Of a stretch of 64,000 nt of DNA, positions 1 through 24,186 are shown piece by piece. How positions within the stretch are numbered: position 1 is the first letter of the stretch; every line of letters begins with the position of its first letter. A program made the position numbers and the translations under genes. Below the pieces are notes generated by a model, which saw only the letters and a list, made by a program, of their open reading frames with translations, had not been told where the DNA came from and did not search any database. Source of the stretch: Macrostomum lignano (Eukaryota). The stretch covers positions 1-64,000 of the forward strand of contig NIVC01002299.1 in assembly GCA_002269645.1 (NCBI GenBank), written 5' to 3'.

Positions 1-620
1 GCGTTATATATGGTGTATAATACAATGCATAGCGTCTAATCTAACAGAATTTATTGCTTAATGAAAATAATTCAATATCCATTTCGAATTTCCATTTCTA
101 TATATACTAATAATTATTGAATATGGAATTTAGTGCGTGAAATTAAAACATCGCGATAAAAGAATCAATGTACTGCATAGATATGCCTTCCTCTTACTGT
201 TACGGGCTCATATACTCCACGAGAACAATCAGAGCAGCACTGGCTAGTTACGCAATTTAATAAGGTACCATGTCCTGGGCTTTTCTAAGCGCAGAATCAA
301 ATTACCAGTCGGCATTAAGCAAAGAGTTCCAAATCAAGTAAAATACCCAACATCTCTGAACCACAGATGCAAAAGTCTGCAGACTCCGTATACACAGATT
401 GCTCAGATTCAACAATTGATGAAACTCAAAGAAACTCAATAATTATAAAATTATCGATACTCGAAATTAAATATGCACTACAAAAGATATGGAACTCGAA
501 TTAAATGGTATCCAAAACATGGGAAACTCCAAATTCAGAATGCCAACAATTGAGGTTGATGCATTCAAAAAATACGATACGAACAATACATTAAAGGACA
601 TTGCAACTCTAAATTTCTAG

Positions 621-1062
621 AAGCTCGAACCTTCATAAGCTCGAAGCTTCACAAGCTCGAAACTTCATCACAAGCTCGAAACTTCATCACAAGCTCGAAA
701 CTTCACAAGCTCGAAACTTCATAAGCTCGAAACTTCACAAGCTCGAAACTTCACAAGCTCGAAACTTCATCACAGGCTCGAAACTTCAAAAGCTCGAAAC
801 TTCACAAGCTCGAAACTTCATCACAAGCTCGAAACTTCAAAAGCTCGAAACTTCACAAGCTCGAAACTTCATCACAAGCTCGAAACTTCACAAGCTCGAA
901 ACTTCATCACAAGCTCGAAACTTCAAAAGCTCGAAACTTCACAAGCTCGAAACTTCATCACAAGCTCGAAACTTCACAAGCTCGAAACTTCACAAGCTCG
1001 AAACTTCATCACAAGCTCGAAACTTCACAAGCCCGAAACTCGAAACTGAAATAAGCTCGAGC
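621..1062. repeat. Minisatellite, mixed 16/19-bp units (AAGCTCGAAACTTCAC, +ATC variant), ~25 copies
   Basis: Directly visible tandem units. Confidence 0.95.
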
Positions 1063-1330
1063 TTGTGAAAATAAACGACCCAATAGCAGCAATACACACA
1101 TACAGCAACAGTAGTAGCATTCAGTAGTATTCGAAATTATAAAACAGGTCAGGCAGCTGGCTATTTGTCTCTATACTACTAGCCCTCTTCCCTCCCCCCC
1201 TCCAGCTGGAGCGATGGAGCAGGCAGCAGGAGGCTGGGCGCAGAGGTGGATCAGGCAAACACAACCGGCTTCGCTGCCGCTTCCCACCTGTCCGCCGGCT
1301 GCGGGCGCGCTCCACACGCGCAGATTAAAA

Positions 1331-1334
1331 GAGA

Positions 1335-1385
<51 letters not shown>
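1331..1385. repeat. (GA)n microsatellite
   Basis: Directly visible; explains the ERERER/SLSLSL ORFs. Confidence 0.97.
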
Positions 1386-1387
<2 letters not shown>

Positions 1388-1591
1388 TGCGCACTTTTGC
1401 CAAAAGCTCCACCCTTGGGGACCGCACCCTTTGCTGCTTAGCCAAGGAGCACTATTAGATCAAGCATCTAGAGTGGAAACTGAATGCTAGGTATTTAAAA
1501 AGCGTCGCTTTTATCTTTTAACTTTTACAAATAAAGTTGATATTTCAATTAGGATTTGAGTATTCTAAACTTTTTATAGAACTGTTCAAAG

Positions 1592-1935
1592 CGGGGGTCG
1601 GCAAACTTCGGCCCACGGGCCACACGAGGCCTGCAAAGCCTCTCTACCCGGCCTCGAGTTCTTTGAAACTTCACAATAGCAATGCGGCCTGCTTAAGGTA
1701 ATTGTGTCTTCTATTGTCTATAATGATCTCTTTTCTTTTCTCTCCTCTTCTCCTCCTCTCTCGTCTCTCCTCTCACCCCTCTTCTCTCCTCTCTCTTCTC
1801 TTCTCTCCTCTCCTCTCCTCTCCTCTCCTCTCCTCTTTCTCTCCTCTCCTATTCAGTCTCTCCTCTCTTCTCCTTTAGAATTTTATTTCTCTTCTCTATT
1901 CCCTCTGACAATCTCTCTCCCGTCTCCCCTACTCT
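1592..1935 (+). mobile_element. 5' fragment of hAT(Charlie)-like MITE followed by CT-rich low-complexity tract
   Basis: CGGGGGTCGGCAAACTTCGGCCCACGGGCC at 1592 matches the CAGGGGTCGGCAAAC...GGCCC start typical of Charlie-type hAT MITEs. The complementary end GTTTGCCGACCCCTG, also preceded by a CT tract, occurs at ~38.3 kb. No right TIR found locally. Confidence 0.5.
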
Positions 1936-2622
1936 AGCTCACAATCATGCACTAGATTTACTAGGTACGCACATACTTAAAGGCTGATTAATTTAATGTT
2001 TTTAGATTAAAATGTGCATATTACTTACAAAAATAATCTAAGGAAGGCAACTGGTAATATTTAGAAAGCTTGTTTAATTGTTTAATTTAAGCTTCCATTG
2101 CTTTCCAATCCAGATGCTTGATCGCGGAACTCCATGGCTCAGCCAAAAATTCACGTCCTTGTCATTCCTTTCAGCTCCTCGATCGCCTCTATTTTAGCTA
2201 CGACATAAAAAAATGTTTTTATACTTTACAAACCTAACTGTACCCACAATGAACTACACGCACAAACTTGAATAACAGCAACCAACTTGCTTGCAAAATA
2301 CTTCTTTTTCTCAGAAACTAAACCCAGATGAACTTTTGCCATAGGCTCTTACCTATGGCTAATAAAAATGAGTTGAGACAAACTGTCTTCTGTTTCAGTA
2401 GCAATCGACCGCTGGCCGGGAGCAGGATGCATAAATTTATCAGCAATAATGAAAAAAGGAGAAACCACACGGCTTGTTTCTTGCTCCTGGAAGAAGAGCA
2501 CCACTTTTGAGGCAAGCAAGTCATGCCCGGTCTGAATATGAATAAATTGGTTCTAGGATTCTAAGAAATGAGCAAAATTGAGGGCGATCTATCTGCACTG
2601 GCTGCTGCGTGTTTGCGGACAC

Positions 2623-3374
2623 CAGCGGCGGATTTAGAAATTTTAAATGAGATTGTAACTATAAGATAATATAAACGAGAGGGGCGCCATAATATAGACA
2701 AAATGGGCGCCATAATATAGACGAGAGGAGCGCCATAATATAGACGAGATGGGCGCCATAATGTAGACGAGAGGAGCGCCATAATATAGACGAGAGGGGC
2801 GCCATAATATAGACGAGATGGGTGTCATAATATAGACGAGAGGAGCGCCATAATATAGACGAGAGGGGTGCCATAATATAGACGAGAGGGGCGCCATAAT
2901 ATAGACGAGAGGAGCGCCATAATATAGACGAGAGGAGCGCCATAATATAGACGAGAGGGGCGCCATAATATAGACGAGAGGGGCGCCATAATATAGACGA
3001 GAGGGGCGCCATAATATAGACGAGAGGGCGCCATAATATAGACGAGATGGGCGCCATAATATAGACGAGAGGGGCGCCATAATATAGACGAGAGGGGCGC
3101 CATAATATAGACGAGATGGGCGCCATAATATAGACGAGATGGGCGCCATAATATAGACGAGATGGGCGCCATAATATAGACGAGATGGGCGCCATAATAT
3201 AGACGAGATGGGCGCCATAATATAGACGAGATGGGCGCCATAATATAGACGAGATGGGCGCCATAATATAGACGAGACGGGCGCCATACTGAGCAAGCTG
3301 AGGGCGTTGATGACCTTTTTTAGTCCAAAGGAAATGGGAAAATGGTGACATCATCGCCCTTTAATCCGCCCCTG
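2623..3374. mobile_element. MITE with short TIRs, containing an expanded 23-bp minisatellite
   Basis: CAGCGGCGGATTTA at 2623 and TTAATCCGCCCCTG ending at 3374 are inverted. The flanking 8-mers GCGGACAC/TCGCGCAC match only 5/8, so the TSD is uncertain. Confidence 0.6.
2679..3288. repeat. 23-bp minisatellite (ATAATATAGACGAGAGGGGCGCC), ~26 copies
   Basis: Directly visible. Confidence 0.95.
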
Positions 3375-3382
3375 TCGCGCAC

Positions 3383-5420
3383 CTTCAACGTGAAGCTTAT
3401 TAGCTTCGCTGCGAATTTTCAAATCCAGTCGGCCTCGACGCTCCGTATGATCGATGCCGCACAGCATTGGCACGTTCTTTTCGCACCGCTTGTGCACGTT
3501 CATGTCGCAGCCTGAAGGATTGGGAGGGTTGGGAGAGGCAAGTGAGGCGGGTTGGCTGGCTGCATGCAGCTACGGCTGCGGATTTTCGGCAGATGGATAA
3601 CGGCGAAGAGCTTGTTGAACAATATAATAAAATAATTCATGGCTTCGTTTACTACAAATCGTAACGATTGCTAAAGCCCTGCGCCCTTGTATTAGTTGCA
3701 TTGGGTCTTGCTTATTATACACTTCCACATGGGGTGCAGGATTCGAGAGGAAATATAAATTTTCCTAACACAATATTTTAACAGAGCCAGTTTAGCAAAC
3801 GCAACTACGAGCTAGGTACTCTGTATAGTTCTGTACGCTGGCGGAAAAATTCGAATGGGCAGCTGTACCAATACAGCGATATTTTCTTAAAAATTTACTT
3901 GCTTTTAGGATTGGGCATCAATGCTTATCAGAGGGTTAGGGTGGAGAAAATGCCTGATAAAGGGGCAACTATACATTATTGGCGGACCGAATGAAAAGTC
4001 TGACTAAAAGCATGATAACTGGAGGCAACGCAGGGGACAGCGGATCAAGAAAGTACAGACAGGCTTTAACTGGAATTCATCATGGAGCTTACATTCGCAT
4101 TTCAGGCCCTGGTGGAACAGGCCGTACAGCAGTGAGCCGCAATGGTCGCAAAATGTTGGACTGGTGTAGCTGGTGACCCTGAACTTGTGATTGTTGTGAA
4201 ACTGCAATTTTTAACAAATGAAATATAGTTTTTTTAACGATTGTGAAAATGAGGTAAGTATATAATGAAAAACCTATTCACACGTAAAATATTTTCAAAT
4301 GAATTAAAACAGGTATGGAAAAATTCTCACATCAGTGTCAGGCCCGTGATCCGCGCCAGGGCAGGCAAAGGTGACCAGTTCGTGGCATCTCTTGTGCACA
4401 GCGAAAGAACAAACTGAAATTTCAATGATTAGTATTTGTTTTACAGTAAAAACCAAGAGAAATATAATTTCAATTAAATATTTATTTAGAATATTACCTT
4501 TGCATTGAAATCCTTGCTTTCCAAATCCCCTTCAAATGATTTGAGAATTATTGATTATCAGATTAAAAATATTAAAAAGGTTAAAATGTAAAAATGTAAA
4601 ATTCTTATTTCAATTACTAAAATGGTACTAGATGCTCAACAAATGTTCATACCTATAAACTTTTGTCACCAATGTACTTATTTACTGCCTAAAAAATAAA
4701 AAAATAGATATAAGCTATTTAAACACTTTTATTTTTATTTTTATATTTTTGAAAAGATGTAGAACTACATCTTAGCCATACTGAATACAAATGTTTATAG
4801 TTATGATTAAGTATTAAAATTATTTAGGAAATAGATGAACCTACTGGGTTCTAGGAAATAAATATAAACACTAACAAGAAAATACTTAAAACTGTCCAGT
4901 AAAATAAATTGAAATGAGTATAAATGTAATTAAATATCAAGGACAAAATATAGTCATAGATTTTAAAAAATAACCATTATAAGCTTGCTAGAAAATCTGA
5001 CTTTCTTAGACTAAACTACCAAAAATACTCTAAACTACAATTACATTTTTTGTTTGCTTTAAATAATCTGTGCAAAGTAGAAAGTATCAAAGTAAGCTAA
5101 GAGTACATATATCAATTAAATATTACATTAAGATATCATTTCTTCTATTAAGAATCTGCACTTCTATCTTGCCTAGGACAATCTTTGAAAAATAAGTAAC
5201 TCCTTGTGTCTACTGAACCTGTCAAGCCTACCTACTGGACAACTAATGATAGGCCTTATATAACTTACCAGATGAAATCAGTACAGTGTCCACAGAATGT
5301 TGGCTGTTTAAAAAATCTAGCCACAAACTTGTGATTCTTGACCTCGTGCACATTCTTTTGTCGCAGTGCTCCCCTTCGAGCAAACGCTTTCATTAAATGT
5401 TGATCATCATCGTTTTCCAT
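3383..5420 (-). CDS. PRKCA: Conventional protein kinase C (PKC alpha/beta/gamma-like), 5' part: pseudosubstrate, C1a, C1b and start of C2; gene continues beyond the left edge
   Basis: Exons 5420-5269, 4529-4498, 4413-4331, 4201-4093 and 3511-3383, all GT-AG with consistent phases. Translation: [89 protein letters not shown]...[61 protein letters not shown]. No C2 or kinase exons found in 1-3382. The symbol denotes the family, not strict orthology. Confidence 0.93.
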
Positions 5421-6289
5421 AGTCATTATTTAGGATAGTAGAAAATACTTTCGACAGTGCTAAATTGATTTTGAGAATATATATGCGATAACAAAAATCA
5501 CAATTTTATAAGAAGCCAGACAGTATCTACTGTTCGCCAACTATCATACTATAAGGTAATAAGCATAAAACGACCTTTAAGCGTTGATCTATTACACAAT
5601 TATACTTAAATACTCTCCCTGCAAAAACAGAATTAAGAAAGCATGATAATCAGGAGCGCCTGATTCTTGTAATCTTTATACACTCAAAAACCACCATCGC
5701 GAAATCCCGTTCGATGGTTTTCGTTTTTAACGACTATTGATTTTTATGAGCTGGATTCATCATTTGAGAACTATTGATGCGGAAATCTTGAACGTCCCAG
5801 TCGTTTACGTTTATATTTTCTACTGACCTGCATTTGAAATATGCGCAGCAATATAGGCTGCTTGAATTAAAGGCTGCTTTGAACACTGCATATCTCCAAA
5901 ACGTCATATCTCCGATTCTTCATATCTCTGACATGTTAACCCTAATCCTATACTCTAACCCTAACCCTAACGGAGGTATGAAGTGTCAGAAATATGGAGT
6001 CTCAGAGATATGAAACTCCCCCGTGGCGCCGACGCAGATAAGACTAGAGAGGGATGCATTGGTACAGTCTAGCACGGACCTGTGTAATAAGTACTATAAG
6101 TACAGTACCTAGGCTAGGGGTCCAAGCATTATACTTTTCAAATTAACTGTCAACAACAGAACGTCTGATGGCCCCGGCCTATAGTTGCCAAAGCATACAA
6201 TTTGTCACAATGGCAATGCCACAGTCGGCATGACACAGCTGAGCTCAGCTAATTAAGTAGCACTCTCTCAGCTGTACCAGTCTGAAACC

Positions 6290-7570
6290 AGCCTGGTCGA
6301 CTCCGCCGTGGCCAAGGCCAAGGCAGGTAAACTAAATCAGAAGATCTTTGCTCAACTGGCGAGGGCGACTCTGTGGTGCGGCCAGGCGCCCATGCCACCA
6401 GTACCTGCTATTTCAGCTATGGATCGCCTATCAGAGTGACGCCGGGGACCACGAGGCCAATCTCCATCTGGCCCCAGCTGTACCAGGTGGCCGCCTCAGA
6501 CTCGGCACGATGAACTGTCGAACTCTGAAGGCCCCCTGGCGTCGCATCATTCTCGTCCAGCTGGCGATCACGGCCTACAGCTGGACCTCATCATGCTGTG
6601 CGAGGTTTCTATCGTGGCTGAGCCGGGGCTCCACTCTGTGGACCTTGGACCCGGCTAGAGCCTCCAGCTGTACACGTCGGCAGACGACCGCGGCCGGGGC
6701 GGTGTCAGCGTACTGGTCGGACCGCGCCTTCGACAGAACGTGCACTGCACTTCGCTGTCCCCGCGACTGATGCGCGGGTCGACCTGCGCCTGCTGCATCC
6801 GGCTGTTCTGCGCGTATGCACCCGCCGCTGCTCAACCCAAGGAGGCTCGTGCCTTCGACTACCTGGCTGGGCAGCTAGAAGAAGTGCCAACCGAGACACG
6901 CTGGCGGTGCTCTGAAACCTGAACGCAGTTCCGTGGAGGTCCGAGCGCTCGCTCTTTGTCGCGGGACGCGAGAACGCCAACATGCCTCGCCCTGCCCCGC
7001 CCTGACTCCACAACGCTGCCGCCTCTGGGGCCAAGCCCGGAGCCCGCGGCAGTTTTCGAGAACTGCGTCGCGGTGTTGAACTTCCTCGGGAAGGCGGGCG
7101 CCGTCTGACGCCCGGTGTTATGGGCCCTGGCCCGAGCGCGCCCGAAGAAGAAGAAGAAGAAGAAGAAGAACGCCAACACCGATGCGCTGGAGGATCTGCT
7201 TGACCGGCTGGACTTGGTGTCCACGGACACCCAGTTCCACAAGCTCCCTACCCGCCTGGTTACCTTTGCGGGCTGCAAGAGATGGCGACGGAACGCACGC
7301 AGGCGAAATGCCACGAGGAGACTGGTGCAACTCGATCATACGCTGGTTCGTACTCGCGAGCGCCGCCGAGACACCAACTGCGACACCATGGCTCCGCTGG
7401 CTCTCCGGTCAGACCACCGACTCCTGATCTGCGACTTGCGGCTTCACGACCAGCTCTATCGACCACCAAAGCAGCGGTCACGGCGCTACTATCGCGCTCT
7501 GTTGGACACCCGCGTGAAGCGTCAATTCGCGGGCGCCTTCATCAGCACGCTTGGAGACAGCGCGAGGCGG
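6290..7570 (+). mobile_element. Degenerate non-LTR retrotransposon fragment (APE endonuclease region, RTE-like); RT absent
   Basis: Frameshifted APE motifs LRLGTMNCRTL (~6495), then QLDHTLVR and SDHRLLICDL (7115-7735 ORF); truncated near 7570. Confidence 0.75.
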
Positions 7571-8432
7571 AATCTTACATTCCTACCTGCTATGCTAATG
7601 ATAGTATTCGTACATATAGGCTACGCCTCTGCCATTTCCCACATATTGCTGCCGTCCCTTTGCCACCCCCCCCTGGCCACGCCACGGGTTTTCCAGGCCG
7701 GCCCATTAAACCAGTTGTTGACACAGCTATGCTAAAGCTAACACACTCAATGGTTAACAACAGTAATAAATTTAAAATAAAAAAACGAGTATGGCATAGG
7801 GAATAGTTGAGCGGGTGTGCGGGTACTCACTATGTATTTAATAAAGGGCTACATTTATTTATTTTTAGTTTTTAAAAACTTATTTAATAAACAGCGCACG
7901 AGCATATTATGGGGATTTCCGAAAAATTGTTGAATAAATTCATCAAAGTCCGCAGCATAACAACCTATCAATTATAGCTAACTCCTAATTTTCTATACGT
8001 TATTAGCAGACCACAGATTCTAGAATTACTAGATGGGCCATTCAGCAAATTTGCTTGTAAACTACTTTCAGTTCAGTAGCAGGTTAAACAGGCATTTAAA
8101 TGTATTTTTAAAGCCGCTTATTTATTGGCTCTTACCCTCCAGCCTTTAACCCTTTCGCGCTTTTCCACACTACCCCCCCGCCCGCCGTAATTTTTATTTG
8201 TCTTTCTCGGAATTCCAGCCTAAAGCTACTATGTACATTTCAGAGGACTGGCTAATGTACATTATGGCTGAACCAATTAGCAAGTTGTTTACGCCTGCAA
8301 GCTTGGGCTTCTAAACTTATCAAAGTCATTTCAGCTGCCTTATTTATAAAATATCTTATGTATTCTTCTTTGCTACTGAACTTATAGCACGAGCTAGAAA
8401 GCTGCTTTACGAAGTATATGTGCCCGAGGGGC

Positions 8433-19252
<10,820 letters not shown>

Positions 19253-20342
19253 CCTTCGCTAATGCGGATCGGTCCTGCACTCGCTTCTGCTACTACCGTA
19301 ATTCTTGTCTGGATTCTCTCTTGATTCTGGTCGGCGCTTCACTTTCTTTCTCCGGCAGATTCGGATTGCGCGTTCAAAACGAATCTCGGCTGCCGGCTTG
19401 ATAAGTCGGCCTTTTTTAACCTCGGCGCAAGCGCGGGATCGTGTCTGTCGAGGGGAGGGGGCGGGGGGGGTTTGCGCTCGTTGGCCCCGGGTCGATGGCG
19501 CGCGGAGGCTGGGGGAGAGGCTAACGGACAATTTCGAAATCTCGTTTTTTAAGAGTGCGCGCTTGCTTGGGGTTCAAGGCAGAGAGGGGTTCGGGCCCCG
19601 CCTATCATCTGCGTGCGTACCTTTTGCGCCAGCTGAACGGACGGGAAAACTGGGTGCTTCTAATAGAGCCTTGGGCTGGGGCTGGCTCACGGACTTGGGA
19701 TGGCTAGGCAGTCAATACTTGGATGCTGAAGCACTCCACTGCGTCTTTCTCCGCCCTCCTGAACCTTCCGATTCCATCGCCCCCCCCCCCGACGTTGAAA
19801 TGCCACGCGTCCAGTCCGAGCCAGGGGTAGCCGGGTGCAGTGGACGGGCGGCTTCACTACAGAAGCTGACCAGCGTGACCTTCTGGCCGCCGCACCGCAC
19901 GGTCGCAGCTCTTGCCCGATATTTTCACTTCCACCAGCAGCTGGAGAGCCATGCGCGCTGCCCCTAGAGGCAGAAATTAGAGGAAACAAAAGTTGCTGAC
20001 GTCAGCGAATATAGCCAGCCAACTGTGTCACGAAGGGATGTGGAACCGGCTTTGTATATGTATCCAAAGCTATATATAGATTGAGTTGAAGCAATATAAA
20101 CAGAAGCGGCGGTTGCGATGGGCGTGCTGGCATCACTCGCTTTTGCAGCACAGTGGCGCACTTTTATATTCGAGATGAAATCTTGCACACTTTCACTAAC
20201 GCCCTGAGTCTTGTATAGTGTGCAAAACACACTGATCACTGGCACTTTGATGCCCTGTCAGATGCTGCACGGCACAGGCTTGCATTCCTGAACATTTTCA
20301 ATTCGAGAAATGCCAACGTTTTCTTATCCGAAAGCGTGGAAA

Positions 20343-21487
20343 ATGCCACACCACAGTGCACCAATATGACATTCTCTGCATTGCCACACCACAGTGCACC
20401 AATATGACATTCCCTACATTGCCACACCACAGTGCACCAATATGACATTCCCTACATTGCCACACCACAGTGCACCAATATGACATTCCCTACATTGCCA
20501 CACCACAGTGCACCAATATGACATTCCCTACATTGCCACACCACAGTGCACCAATATGACATTCCCTACATTGCCACACCACAGTGCACCAATATGACAT
20601 TCCCTACATTGCCACACCACAGTGCACCAATATGACATTCTCTACATTGCCACACCACAGTGCACCAATATGACATTCTCTACATTGCCACACCACAGTG
20701 CACCAATATGACATTCCCTACATTGCCACACCACAGTGCACCAATATGACATTCTCTACATTGCCACACCACAGTGCACCAATATGACATTCCCTACATT
20801 GCCACACCACAGTGCACCAATATGACATTCCCTACATTGCCACACCACAGTGCACCAATATGACATTCCCTACATTGCCACACCACAGTGCAACAATATG
20901 ACATTCTCTACATTGCCACACCACAGTGCACCAATATGACATTCTCTACATTGCCACACCACAGTGCACCAATATGACATTCCCTACATTGCCACACCAC
21001 AGTGCAACAATATGACATTCTCTGCATTGCCACACCACAGTGCAACAATATGACATTCCCTACATTGCCACACCACAGTGCACCAATATGACATTCTCTG
21101 CATTGCCACACCACAGTGCAACAATATGACATTCTCTGCATTGCCACACCACAGTGCAACAATATGACATTCTCTACATTGCCACACCGCAGTGCACCAA
21201 TATGACATTCTCTACATTGCCACACCACAGTGCACCAATATGACATTCTCTACATTGCCACACCACAGTGCACCAATATGACATTCTCTACATTGCCACA
21301 CCCGCACAGTGCACCAATATGACATTCTCTACATTGCCACACCACAGTGCACCAATATGACATTCCCTACATTGCCACACCACAGTGCACCAATATGACA
21401 TTCACTACATTGCCACACCACAGTGCACCAATATGACATTCCCTACATTGCCCCTCCACAGTGCACCAATATGACATTCTCTGCATT
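20343..21487. repeat. 38-bp minisatellite, ~30 copies
   Basis: ATTGCCACACCACAGTGCACCAATATGACATTCYCTAC. Confidence 0.97.
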
Positions 21488-22127
21488 GCCGCATCATATT
21501 AACAAATTTACATGAATTTATTGTTGCATTTCTAAATTCGAACCAAGTAACCATGATGACAAAAATAGAAAACTAATTGCAACAAAAAGACCAAAACTAA
21601 ATATGAGCTAAAATAGCTATCAAAAATAGATGACTATGAACTACTATACAAAGTAGCTACTAGCAGTAGTTATAGTATATTTCTTACATTTCAAACCGAC
21701 CAATACAACAGCAATATCAGAGATTTGCCACGCGCATGATACCAGTAAGAGATGATATTACATTGAGTTTTTAAGTTAAACGTGAACAGAAAATGCTTTG
21801 AATGCGTGAGCAGAAACCAGTGATCGCTGAGGTGGGGCCGAATTTTTTCAATTAATTTATGATTGTTTTAACCGGGAAAATGACGGCAACTTTAAGGCTA
21901 CAGTACTACCTGTGAAACTTCTATACTACTAATGCTAGTTAGTAAGTAGTAATATTAATAAATTATTTGCGAACATTATAGCTACTGCAACGAGTTCAGG
22001 AAAATCACGAATCAATGATTGATGATCAATTCTGTTGATATGCTCAAATTCTGCCAAATACAATAGGCAAACTAAATGGAATTCATCCTCAGTTGCACCA
22101 ATTTCAAGGGACCGCCGATTCTCAGGC

Positions 22128-22632
22128 GTGGGTTGGAGACAACTCTCAGGGGTGGGTTGGAGGCGACCCCCAGGCATTGGTTGGAGGCGACCCTCAGGCA
22201 TTGGTAGGGGGCGACTCTCAGGGGTGGGTTGGAGGTGATTCTCAGGGGTGGGTTGGAGGTGATTCTCAGGGGTGGGTTGGAGGCGATTCTCAGGAGTGGG
22301 TTGGAGGTGATTCTCAGGGGTGGGTTGGAGGTGATTCTCAGGGGTGGGTTGGAGGTGATTCTCAGGGGTGGGTTGGAGGGGATTCTCAGGGGTGGGTTGG
22401 AGGTGATTCTCAGGGGTGGGTTGGAGGTGATTCTCAGGGGTGGGTTGGAGGGGATTCTCAGGGGTGGGTTGGAGGTGATTCTCAGGGGTGGGTTGGAGGG
22501 GATTCTCAGGGGTGGGTTGGAGGTGATTCTCAGGGGTGGGTTGGAGGGGATTCTCAGGGGTGGGTTGGAGGGGATTCTCAGGGGTGGGTTGGAGGGGATT
22601 CTCAGGGGTGGGTTGGAGGGGATTCTCAGGGC
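22128..22632. repeat. 24-bp minisatellite, ~21 copies, downstream of the TMEM11 stop
   Basis: GATTCTCAGGGGTGGGTTGGAGGK. Confidence 0.95.
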
Positions 22633-22787
22633 TGAGACACTACACCTTGTGAGCAATAAATTAAACACAGGCAGCAATTCGCCTGCGATCAGTAAATAAG
22701 CGGACCGCACAGAGGACTCTTTGCACAGCCTACTAATTCGGGTCATAGCGACAAAGGCCCAGGCTAGAGTCTGTCCCTCCACAAAGA

Positions 22788-24119
22788 TCAGCGAGTGCTC
22801 AGCCAGTAGGCGGCCAACCCAGCAGCGATGAGAGCGGCGGTGCAGTGCAGCACCCGCCGTCTGGTTGTGTCGCGACGGCGCAGCACGGTGACACAGGGAG
22901 CGGACAGCTTCGCGTAGGGCAAGGTGTAGCGCAGCTGAGACAGGTCCCGCTCCACTTGGTACCTGGGCGAGTGGCGGGACTGGATTATACCTGATTATAC
23001 AAAATATGGATAGATACGGACACAGTATGGTTAAAGATGGTGGAAAGGCAGGTGTAGATTGGGAAGAGACAGGGGTAGATAGGGAAGAGACAAGGGTAGA
23101 TAGGGAAGAGACAGGGGTAGATAGGGAAGAGACAAGGGTAGATAGGGAAGAGACAGGGGTAGATAGGGAAGAGACAAGGGTAGATAGGGAAGAGACAGGG
23201 GTAGATAGGGAAGAGACAAGGGTAGATAGGGAAGAGACAGGTGTAGATAGGGAAGAGACAAGGGTAGATAGGGAAGAGACAGGGGTAGATAGGGGAAGAC
23301 ACAGGGTAGATAGGCCAAGACACAGGGTAGATAGGGAAGAGACAAGGGTAGATAGGGAAGAGACAGGGTAGATAGGGGAAGACACAAGGTAGATAGGGGA
23401 AGACACGGGGTAGATAGGGAAGAGACAGGGGTAGATAGGGGAAGACACAGGGTAGATAGGGAAGAGACAGGGTAGATAGGGGAAGACACAAGGTAGATAG
23501 GGGAAGACACAGGGTAGATAGGGGAAGACACAAGGTAGATAGGGGAAGACACAGGGTAGATAGGGCAGAGACAGGGGTAGATAGGGGAAGACACAGGGTA
23601 GATAGGGCAGAGACAGGGGTAGATAGGGGAAGACACAGGGTAGATAGGGGAAGACACAGGTCTAATTCAAGCGCAGTCCAGCCAGCCGCACCAGGACACT
23701 GGGTCGCAGGCCCAGAGCAGTTCGTAGGCGCCAGCGGAGGCGCAACTTGAAGCGGCAAAAGCGGCGCCGCAGCCCCAGGCGCCGAGGCCAGCGCAACAGG
23801 AGGCGCCAAGAGCCGACAGAACGGCAGATTTGTGGAGGAAGTTGCCGCAGGCGATCCACCTGGCAGTGGCGCAGCCCAGCAGCGCCGGCTCCACAATGAT
23901 GACCCCGACGCCCTCGATTGCAGCAGCGTCCAGTTTCGCTTCGAATTCCTCGTAGCTGGAGTTGCTAAGGCCGCTACTTCCGTTGCCATGGCCACCGTTG
24001 CTATTGCCGTTGCCGTTCTCGCCATTAGACTCGGAGCCGCGCGACGACGGTGTTGGCGAGTCGCCGCGAATAACGGCGAATGTGTGAGCGGACGACATGC
24101 CTGCCCGCCTCCTCCACAT
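22788..24119 (-). CDS. TMEM11: Transmembrane protein 11 (mitochondrial), 2 exons, ~200 aa
   Basis: Exons 24119-23692 and 22962-22788 (phase 2, GT-AG). EEFEAKLDAAAIEGVGVIIVEPALLGCATARWIACGNFLHKSAVL and WACDPVSWYQVERD...VTVLRRRDTTRRRVLHCTAAL align to TMEM11 motifs (IEP..GDETARWI.VGNCLHK; FDPCCKYQVE; VVLVRKDD.RK.LHN). Confidence 0.88.
23050..23660. repeat. 21-bp purine-rich minisatellite, ~29 copies, fills the TMEM11 intron
   Basis: GTAGATAGGGAAGAGACAGGG. Confidence 0.95.
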
Positions 24120-24186
24120 GAAGCACGGCGAGGAGCGTTGGCGGGGGCTAATGGGCTGCCTATGGAAATTGCAACTTGCTACACTC

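Noticed and set aside
2100-2200. PKC C2-domain exon (NDKD...IW-like words on the minus strand)
   Set aside because: The spacing and frame do not match the C2 sequence and there are stops. The next PKC exon probably lies outside the window.
2643-3354. Long repetitive ORFs across arrays (also 40717-42196, 43064-43946, 44784-45428, 54439-55266, 58967-60005, 61344-62012)
   Set aside because: Open frames arise from stop-free repeat units, and several lie inside introns of verified genes.
5935-5972. Telomere or chromosome end
   Set aside because: Only about 3 degenerate TAACCC units, internal to a hairpin element.
22093-22635. ORF with prion-like octapeptide repeats (GGDSQGWV)n
   Set aside because: It is simply a stop-free frame of a 24-bp minisatellite that is also open in other frames and on the other strand. 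It has no unique domain or splice support.
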